Notes under the pieces: generated by a model
The model's database searches: none
What the model was told of the DNA's origin: nothing
What the model saw: the letters and a program-made list of their open reading frames with translations, nothing else
Program-made: the position numbers and the translations under genes
DNA from: Syncephalis fuscata S228
Lineage: Eukaryota > Fungi > Zoopagomycota
Direction of reading: 5' to 3'
Assembly: GCA_025786725.1 (NCBI GenBank)
Contig: JAHLTZ010000003.1
Coordinates: 124,001 to 188,000, forward strand
DNA length: 64,000 nucleotides
Shown: positions 54,016-64,000 of the stretch, piece by piece
How the letters are laid out: each line of letters starts with the position of its first letter
How positions within the stretch are numbered: position 1 is the stretch's first letter

Positions 54016-54634
54016 ATTTAGTTGATTATTAACATACTATTAAGTGTCCATATGTCTATTCTCAATTTTCAGGTTGAATTTTTATAAATAAATAGGTCAG
54101 CTGCACGTAAGATATACTAATTTTTTATTAATGATATTCGTCAAAGTCACTGTGTTTGGTTATAATAATGCATTTGAGCAATAAAGTATTTTTAATAAAA
54201 AAATTTTGTTTACATCATACCTCATTTTTTGTAATGGCGTTTATCGCAGCTTGAATACTCATTAATGGTACGTTTTATTTTTGATAGCTGTTTCATTAGT
54301 AGCTTGTGTTTATTCTTCAATAAAAACGTTTATCTCAACATCATCTATTGTTTTAATATTATTAATGCTAATTTTCACAAAGCATATTTTTGTATTATAT
54401 TTTTGAATTGCATTTACTACAATTATATCATTGAAAGTCTTTTAACAAATAAAACACAATTGGATCGCTGTTAGTATTGCTAAAATTAACCAAATTACGT
54501 AAGTAAACAAAGCTTTAAATTAAAATCCGTTGTATTTATTGTAATTAGCTTTTTTCCCATCAGGGATTTTTAGCTTTATAACTTTTATTATTCAACAATA
54601 TTATAAATACGTAATACTGTTACTCAACTAATAA

Positions 54635-54955
54635 TAAAATGCCCTTTTATAATCCAATTCATTTTATTTAATTAGCAGAATCTATACATTTACGACTTTT
54701 ATTATAAATATGCTGATTTGAGCTATTGCTATAAGTTAAAGCCATTTGATACTAACGATATTTTTATTAAATTGATATTAAAACATTTGACTAAGCTATC
54801 ACTTTTATTTTTTTCTCCGTTGGTTACCTGGTCAATGTTACATCATTTTATTATTATTGTTATAACAATGTCTTTTTTTATTGAATTAAAAACAGACTAA
54901 GATTTGCTATATAAAATAATAACATCTATTAAGCTATTACAATTGTTGTATATAT
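54635..54955 (+). repeat. Dispersed AT-rich repeat, second family, copy 2, with ~130 extra nt between two taagctat words
   Basis: Aligns to 42795-42955; taagctat at 54792-54799 and 54930-54937. Confidence 0.75.
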
Positions 54956-55787
54956 TAATTACAATACGTACATTGCTGAAATACCAATATATTACAAATA
55001 TTACTTAATTTAATTACCTAGCATTTTAATTTATATTTATGTTAAAAATGTAATTGCAAACTAAATATACAGTATAGTATTACATTGAATTTAAGAAATA
55101 ATGTTTTATTAACCATTCGACAATATTTATATTCTGCATTCTTCATCAACATTGCCAAACTAGTCCAACATATTATGACGTTTACAAATTAATACAAGAT
55201 GCGATGGCCATGACGTTCAAGAAAGGGCGTTGCAGCTTCTATGGCATATTACTTAGTTTAGGCTTCTTTTTGCTAGACTTTGCAGTTATTCTGCCTAGCG
55301 ATGATAAATAATCAATTATAGCTTATCAAATGCCCAACAGAGAATAGTTGCAGCAATAAGGATATAGAAATTCTATGATAACGATTACTCCAAAGGCCTA
55401 GGTGCTACCATCCTATATGTACCACGTTAGAACATGGTGATGCCCAAGGGCACATGCACGACTGGCATATTGCTGTAGCCTTTGGCATGACTATTTACCA
55501 AATAAAACATCAACAGCCACTGTTGTCTTCGGCTCGCCTATCGTTTGTTCGACCTGTTTACTGTTCATACATACACACACACACACACAATTTACCGACA
55601 TCCTTGAAAACAGCCACGGCCAAACTGGTTTTCTTGAGAAAAACTTCACTATCAGCATTTTACTTAAAGGCATTGCATTGACACCTCGGCTCGGCTTCGG
55701 TAACCGATATCCCTGTACATCTTGCAGTTTTTTGTTTAGTTGTTACTACATCTAGTCATATTTTATTCAGCGCTACGATATTGTAGC

Positions 55788-58700
55788 ATGTCCGCATTAA
55801 CTATGTCACAGACATGGCCATCGTTAAGATGGTCGGCTGTTCTGTTTATTTTAGGAATGGTGGTGTATGATACTCAGGCAGAATCATCCACCGCCACTAC
55901 TCGACCTCCAACTCACTGCCCATTGGAATATGCCATCCCCAGTAATACGACCACGTCTGTTGGCCATATGCTACGCACTTCTTGGCCTAAAGATTATCAT
56001 CACTGTATCAATCGGCATAGCAATTGTTACCATAGCCGCTATGCCTGTAAAGAGCGATGCGATAATCTTTTCCTCGAGTGTGCCCGTAAAGCTTGCGATC
56101 AGCTAAGTGAAAAGTGTAATTGCGCTGCTGGATGGCATTGGAATGGCACCTACGTAGCCAATCTTCACATTGGCACAGCGGTCGATTTTAGCTGCTCCCA
56201 GTGGGCCATTAGTCAAGCAAGAACGCACCGACGTTGCTACAAATCCCATAAAGATTACAGCTGCCAAAAGCCTACATCTAATGTTACATCTCATCGTAAC
56301 TTCTCCGATCAGCCATCGAATAAGACGCCGAATAGTTCATCGAGTAAGACATCGAATAAACCATCTACTACAGGTACGAACAATTTCTTGATAGCTACAG
56401 CTACATCTTCATTTGCCAATCCCTCCCAAACCATTTCTTTTGCTTCTGTTCAACTTCAGCTCGTTTTCGCGCACCTGCCTCACCTACTGGCCTGAGATCA
56501 TCGGGCAATAGCTTGAATATAACTAATGCTGCAACTCCACACGATAACGCATCAGAACCAGTAAAAGATTCAGCTAGCCGTTCTTTACCTTCTCAAACAG
56601 CAACTAGCACTATATCAAATGCATCTTTCTTTTCTTCTCCCGCATCAACAGCATTGTCTATTCCATCTTCCGTATCTTCTGCATTACTTCCAACTTTTCA
56701 TCATTTGCGTCTTTTTTACCATTGTTTAATTCGTCTTCTTCACAATCATCATTATTGTTTCTTCGCCATCTGTTTCTACCCCTGCATCATCTGTGCCTGC
56801 ATCTTCCAAACTATTTCTTCACATTACCAGCATCTGTTTCCTTTTCATCCAACTCTAATCAAGCATCTTCTGTACCTGCATCCTTTATTTCCTCTTCAGT
56901 ATTCTTTGTATCGTCAACCTCTAATTCTATACCTTTTATTTCTCCACATCTTCACTAACACGCCTTCGTCGTCACATCATCCAATCTTAATTCTCCAGTT
57001 TCATCTTTTGCTATGAAATCTCCGTTGCTATCCTTTCCTTCTTCGTCTTCTTCCTCCCCAAGAAGTGACAATGTTCCAAATAATTCTAATAACTTTGGAG
57101 TAGATACTACACCTTCCAATACAGATTCGGGACCAACGCTTCCGATAATCACTACTCCTAAAGAAGGAACAGTCTCTAACTCTCCAATATCTGTATCTAC
57201 TCCAGCATCTCTTGTACCTGCATCTTCTGACTCTTCTCCTTCAACGTCTCCTGTATCATCAACATCATCTGATTTAATTCTCCAGCGCCGTCTTCTGTGA
57301 TGAAAGCTCCATCATCCTCTTCTTCGCCCTCTTCAAATAACGGCAACACTCCAGGTGACTCCAATAACTTTGGAAGCGATGCCACGCCTTCCGATACAAA
57401 ATCGGGATCAACCCATCCGATAGTCAATCATCCTAAAAAAAATTAGTTGATGAACCTTCCTCATCTGTATCTACACCAGCATCTTCTGTACCTGCCTCCC
57501 CTGGCTCTCCTTCATCAGCATCCCCAGCTTCATCTTCTGCTATGAGATCGCCATCGCTGTCCTCTCCACCTTTACCTTCTTCTCCCGTTGATAACAATAT
57601 TCCAAATGGTTTTAACAACTTTGGAATAGATGCTACACCCTCCAATTCAAATTCAAGACCAACTCTTCCAGTGGTCAATCATCCTGGAAGAGAATTAGTT
57701 GATAACCTTCCTCATCTGCATCTACACCAGCATCTTCTGTACCTGCTCCCTTGGCTCTCCTTCATCAGCATCCCCAGCTTCATCTTCTGCTATGAGATCG
57801 CCATCGCTGTCCTCTCCACCTTTACCTTCTTCTCCCGTTGATAACAATATTCCGAATGGTTCTAATAACTTTGGAATAGATGCTACACCCTCCAATTCAA
57901 ATTCAAGACCAACTCTTCCAGTGGTCAATATACCCATAGGAATAGCAGATTCCGACTCTTCTCCATCTGTATCTACTCCTGCATCTCCTCCCTCAGTATC
58001 TCCTGTATCGGCACCAGTTGATTCTGTCCCTCGCAATCCTCCTGCATCTCCCAATAATATGCCTTCATCATCAACACCATCTAACCTTAATGCTCCAGCT
58101 CCGCCTTCTGAGATGAACTCCCCATCATCATCATCTTCTCCTTCTTCCTCTCCTTCTTCAATAGGTGGCAATACTTCAGGTGACTCCGATAACTTTGGAA
58201 GCGATGCTACGCCTACCAATACAAACTCGGGACCAACCCATCCAATAGTCAATCGCCCTCAAATCTCACTTCCTGTTGATTTAGATGGCCCCAGTTCAAA
58301 GAGCCCAGGCTCAAAAGGCCCAGGTGTGAATCAAGGCAGCTCTAATCCTCCCCCCTCTCCATCGGGACAAGGAAACAACAACTCTAATAGCAACCGTCCT
58401 TCCAAAGATACTGGCAGCGATCTAATCAGCGGTGCCATTCCTTTGTCCAGTTCTCCCTCAGGTATACTTGAATTAAATCATACAAATAGCATTGCTTTTA
58501 ACACGTTTATTTTTACAGGCAAGAATGTCCGGCCCTCTACTAATGCACCAGACGACGGCAGTGATTTAATCAGCGGAGCATTGCCTTCGGATATGAGATC
58601 GACGCCAGCCAACGAACCAAATAACTCAGCTATAAGAGCAAATCCAGGACCAGTTAACAATACGGATGCTGGCAATGCTGGGAAACCATTTGCACCACCT

Positions 58701-59312
58701 ACTGACTCCGATACGACTAATAGTCCAGCTTCTGCGCCCGCTACAGTCGATATTAATAAGCCACCTACACCCAATAACGGCAATGTCGGTACACCAAGCA
58801 GTGCACCTGGATCAACATCAGATAGCAATAATAGTCCACCAGTAGCTTCAGCTCCAGCTAATCCACCGCCTTCAGCTCCTTCATCAACTGACAAATCGGG
58901 TTCACCATCGAGTAACAATAATAAAGCCACTACACTTTCGTTACCGGCACCTGCTCCTCCATCTGCTCCAACATCTGGCAATCCAAAGCCAGATGTAAAT
59001 CAGGGTCCTAGTGAACAAAGCTCTAATGTTAAACAAACTCCAGCGAGCTCGGGCTCTCCTCCAAGCTCCGATACCTCGGACACTAACTTTGGTCAAGATG
59101 CTTCCCCAACTACCAGCAAAGGCGCCCCTTCAAATCCTCAAACTGGCAACTTACTCAAGATTGTCGTGCCTAACAAGCCGAGTAGCAAACCTTTAGTAGC
59201 TCCTCTCTCTTCGTCAAACACGCCCACTACACTAAGCAAGCCTAACGATATAAGCAGCTCTTTTCCAATAGCACCAAGCACATTGTTGAAGTCAAGGAGT
59301 TTAAATGGTTAA
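55788..59312 (+). CDS. Secreted protein: group XII sPLA2-like Cys-rich domain plus long Ser/Pro/Asn-rich repeat stalk
   Basis: Signal-like segment, then CINRHSNCY..CKERCDNLFLECARKAC..CSQWAISQ..C matching the PLA2G12 Cys/His pattern. Downstream S/P-rich ORF fragments are joined by 1-nt slips; possible in-frame intron 58462-58518. Confidence 0.65.
57030..58260 (+). repeat. Coding repeat (about 240-330 nt units) with motif [ND]NFG[VSI]D[AT]TP
   Basis: Five motif copies; about 57425-57680 and 57680-57930 are near-identical. Confidence 0.85.
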
Positions 59313-59604
59313 AAGCTATTTTACAGTGAAATGCCCCAATTCAATGCATCGGGCATTACAACACAATTGGACAAGTTGAATTTAATCCAAACAGTGCCAC
59401 TGCTTTATTAATAATTCCCTAATAAATGCCATTCTATATAAATCGTCAAAGAAATACGAGTGTAATATTGATTATATATACCATCTCATTTATTAATTAA
59501 ACAAATATTGTTTTTATTAACAAATTATATTAAATAGCTAATTTAATATAATTTGTGATTCAAATAATTATATTTAATAGCATTCGCGTAATTGAACTAC
59601 ACAT

Positions 59605-59840
59605 TTAATCTATTGAACATGATGATGGGTGGTGAGTGACATCAGTCATCAAATACTCATCATTGTAAATTCGTTATCCAGTATGCATATATCACCATTT
59701 ACTTATATTATTTTCTTTCTATTTCATACTACTGTATACTACTCCACGATCTACTAGACACATTCTGTTTATTATATACACCAACATACTTCATTCGGTC
59801 TATTCATTGCATTACGTGCACTGTAACTTCAACACAGCTG
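59605..59840 (+). repeat. Degenerate dispersed repeat, copy 3
   Basis: Collinear with 10520-10800 and the reverse complement of 50200-50490. Confidence 0.7.
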
Positions 59841-60178
59841 GCCATTACTTCACGCTACATATTTATTATGATGTATATTATTTTACCGCCTGATAAATAT
59901 ACTGCTATCTATAACCACTACCCGTTTAAGTTTAGCCTTTTTATTAATAAAAATAAAGGCGATGTAGATAGCAATAGTGTAATACCACGTAAATGTAATG
60001 CGTTTGGCTTTTTTTATTTGTATTACCACATCTTTTTTTCTACAATTTTTCTTCAACTCCACTGTTCTATCCGTCATATTCAACGCACTTTTTCACCTTT
60101 TTATTTGCTAAACAAGAAAGTAGTAAAAACGACCGGTTTATACATTTTGGCGCTATAGTGTCGGGCAATACTTGAATC

Positions 60179-61602
60179 ATGACTTCTGACTCACCAGCCA
60201 CACAACCGAAACTGCCAAAAAGTGGCGGCCTTATTACTAGCTTTTTCACACCAGCTACCAGCAATGATAATAAAGCTCCCGCACCAGATCGTAATCCGTT
60301 AAAGCGTACGACCAGCGAACGACAGGATAGCGATAACGACGACAAAGATATAGAGCAAAATAAGGCGGAAACTGCTGATGATTTGGCCGGCACTAAACGA
60401 GTACGTCTCGATGCCACGTCACTAACTCCAGAAAAGCGAGAATTGCTTGAGTTAGAGCTGCGTACTATGTCGCCAGAATGGCAGAATGCACTATCAAATG
60501 AATTTAACAAGCCTTATTTTATTGGAGTAGGTAATAATATTGTGCTACGGCTATATCTTACGTTATATCAACCATTCTATTCTAGTTAAAACGATTTTTA
60601 GTCGCCGAAAAGAAGCAAAGCAAAACGATTTTACCACCCGGTAAATAGCTTGACAAATTAACTGCGAGCTGTCCACTAACATATTTATTGCTGTTAGCCG
60701 ATCAGATTTACAGCTGGTCTCGTTGGACGATGCCCAATGAAGTTAAAGTAGTAATCTTGGGCCAAGGTATGCTTAATAGCTCCTATTTGTACAGTACCAC
60801 TTAGTACAATGTTATAACAATATAGATCCTTATCATAATATCGGCCAGGCACATGGTATAACTATTCTTAGTACTGGAATGCAGCAATTAACTATTTCAA
60901 TGTAAATAACTAGGACTATGCTTCAGTGTTACACCCACTACAAAGATCCCACCGTCACTTATTAATATTTACAAGGCAATTAAACAAGATATTCCGGATT
61001 TTAATATTCCTTCTCATGGGTAAGTGTTTTAAGCTATCTATCATCTTTGACTCATCCAATAAAGCTATTTGGGCGGATGGGCCCGGCAAGGCGTATTACT
61101 ACTAAATGCCTCGTTAACTGTACGCGCACACCAAGCCGGATCTCATGCCAATCGAGGCTGGGAAACATTTACCGGTAAGATTTGTAATTTTGTAAATACC
61201 AGTATACTAATAATCCATTTTATCTTATTAAATATAATATTTCAAATAGATGCTATTGTCAATTATTTGAATCAGCATCGAAAAGGATTAGTATTTATGC
61301 TATGGGGATCACATGCTCAAAAGAAAGGTAAAGGTGTGGATAAGGTAAGTAAATAATTATACAATTTATAAAATAATACTAATACTAATAATAATTAATG
61401 TTAATAGAAACGCCATTTAGTATTAAATACCGTGCATCCATCACCATTATCAGCCCACCGAGGAGAGACCTTTTTTGCTTGTAAACACTTTTCCAAGGCG
61501 AATAAATATTTAAAAGAACAGGGCAAACCCGAGATAGACTGGTCACGTCTGCCAATAGACATCAAGCCTAACTCTTCCGTCGATATTAAAACCGGTAGTT
61601 AA
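60179..61602 (+). CDS. UNG1: Uracil-DNA glycosylase, family 1
   Basis: Spliced [62 protein letters not shown] and [11 protein letters not shown]-terminal PIP-box-like LITSFF. Confidence 0.97.
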
Positions 61603-63171
61603 CATATCAATAATTAATACAACAATAGCATTAATATGATTAAATTATAAAATAGATTAAGTTTTTAATTTACGAGGCAATCCGACTGTCTGTCTTTTCA
61701 CGCACCTGTTCTTTCGTTTATTACTTCATTTTAATTATATTTGGATTATGACATCATTGCAAATCACTAGCATGTCTTTCCATATGAACTGTTTTCATCA
61801 TTTTATCAAATCACTTTTCACCATAACAATTAAACCTTTTAATTTTATTAATATTATTGCATTTGACTATCGACTATTCATACAGTATATATGTATATAT
61901 ACCATTTACATCACATAGATACTTGAATAATGATCAGTATCAAGTAATCGGTTTAATGCCCATAATACCAATCCAAGCCAAACCTTGTACACTACACATG
62001 GTGTCATAATCATGCATATCAAGCCTTACTGTCACTGTTATTATTACCACCTCGCATGAGTACATTATATTAGCCGTCTACTTTTCAACCCGACCAGCTG
62101 CTGTTCATACGTGACATGCGTTCATATTGTTCATGATCAAGCATGTTATACCTAAAAATGGCAATTACACGATGACAACCACTTTCATGCTATTGATGCT
62201 CTTAACCATGCTTGACCCAATAATATTTACCAAACTGGTCCACTTGTAATCACATTGATTAGCGAGTATGACTGACCATTTGATAACGTGCACCCCACAT
62301 ATCATTTACTTTATTTGATTAATAGCTTTGATTGCGACAAGTATCATACTACTACCATGACTGATTGCTTTGCAGTCAAGGTGTGTGTGTGTGTGTGTAC
62401 ATGTGTTTTGTGTGCCGTTTGCCTATACTTGTATTTGTGTCTATGCATGGAACACATTTCCTCATGATACCTGCATTAATGTTGAGGTATACAGTCGCCA
62501 CAACATAGACTATTTTTAACCAACATACAGAAATGGACTATTGAAGCATTTTTATTATATTTCTTTTACAAACGCCAAGATTTTGGCCATTTGTATCAGT
62601 GTATTAATAATGCTAAATAACCAAGTTACAAGTCGGTTCCACTTGAACCACGGTCTCCGGTTTGCGACGATATTCGCGATATAGGAGTCAAAAGTGATAC
62701 AATGCAATGGCGAATAACAAACGATCCGGTTAATAAACGACATGCTATATAGCGCCACTGCTGTCAACCATTTGGACCAACGACAGCATGCTTACCATGC
62801 GCCTTTATTCTACCTCTGTTATCGGCACGTTTCATTCTCTCTTGCCTTTACTCTCTCGCTTTCACTCTCCCTCGTTCTATTGTTTGGAAACCTTACCTTA
62901 GCTTTTTCTATCAAGCTATTTCGCTGCTCGTTTAACTCATTTTGAATTCTTCGTTATTCTACAGCTAATAGTGGCACAGCTTGATTGTGCTTAGAGCTGA
63001 CACCAAGCTAATATATTACCATTTTTGTTATCCCCCACTATCAGTGAACCGTGCCATAACTGGCGTGGCTAGTTGTACGTGTAATCTTACAGCGTATACA
63101 GCGTAACGAGCAGCCGATAACAATTAGACTACTTACGATACACGACACCCAACAACATAGTCTAATTAATC

Positions 63172-64000
63172 ATGGGCCAGCCTGTCTCTACGGCCCAAGA
63201 TAGCCGATTTCTAACCGTCCCAAAGGCAAAGCGTCGCGGCAGTAGTCCAGATACCGATCAGGACACTCGTAGCGCAGAAAGCCATATCTCTCGTCTGTCG
63301 AATCAGTCAAATACTCAAGGAAAAGGGCGGCTTAGTCGCACGGCCTTACTATTTCGCCGTCGCGCTGCTAGCGACACGTGTCGAAAAGAAAGCGAAAGTC
63401 GGAGTAAAACGGGTAGTTTTAAATCATTCGCCTATTTTAGCACGCGACCAAGCAAAGAACATCATATTAAACAGCAACAGGTTAGAACGCAAGAGGAAAT
63501 GGATCGGTAAGTATTAGAGTTAGAGTGGGAGGACGGTAATATGATTAGCGTAATAACTGTATAATAAACAAAACTAAAGCATGGCAATTATTAATTCATG
63601 ATTCGTGTCGTAATATAGGATGGACCAAGATCATTACGCTTGGCTTGAGTTTTTCCATTCAAACTTTATGGCCCCTATCAATAATCCATACACCATTTTA
63701 GATGTTGGTACGGGAACCGGTCTCTGGCTACTTGTAAGTACTATTTAATTGATGCGACAGCGATTTAACGGTTCTGATTTTTGTAGGAAATGTCGGCGCA
63801 ATTTCCCTCGTCAAAACTGATTGGCATCGATCTTAATTATGAAACACCAATGTCGGTCATCCCGCAAAACTGCCAATTTAAAAAAATGGATTTAACAACT
63901 GGTAATTAATCAATTAGTAATTACTACAAACTGATTTAATACTAACATTAACCTACGATTACTATAGGATTGGAATTTGCCGATTTTAGTATCGACTATA
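63172..64000 (+). CDS. Class I SAM-dependent methyltransferase (LaeA/Methyltransf_25-like), 3'-partial
   Basis: EEMDR-MDQDH..., ILDVGTGTGLWLL-EMSAQFPSSKLIGIDL, PQNCQF..MDLT. N-terminal MGQPVS may be a myristoylation site. Confidence 0.85.

Noticed and set aside
56955-58981. Gly/Glu-rich minus-strand ORFs
   Set aside because: Antisense of Ser/Pro-rich codons; no independent evidence.

Overview
AT-rich, intron-dense eukaryotic DNA with short (about 45-110 nt) GT-AG introns. Gene content points to an early-diverging fungus; a Zoopagomycota mycoparasite such as Syncephalis is my best guess (inference only). Recognisable conserved genes are THADA/TRM732 (5'-partial), HPPD, DET1, APC11 (missed by the ORF track), DSC3, a FYVE-finger protein, UNG1 and a 3'-partial SAM methyltransferase. 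Between them lie lineage-specific surface and secreted genes: three paralogous orphan 7TM genes (two in a ~2.3 kb inverted duplication 33 kb apart), a tandem pair of ectodomain+7TM receptor-like genes whose differences concentrate in the extracellular parts, an intronless Vpr-like S8 protease, a Thr/Pro/Cys repeat protein and a group-XII-PLA2-like domain (His-Ser instead of His-Asp) on a long Ser/Pro stalk. The most notable hidden signal is at 35.67-36.19 kb: a decayed C-terminal fragment of a Fanzor (eukaryotic TnpB-like RNA-guided nuclease) showing RuvC-II, zinc finger and RuvC-III motifs, followed directly by hairpins where an omegaRNA would sit. Many genes carry isolated 1-nt frameshifts, most likely assembly indels.
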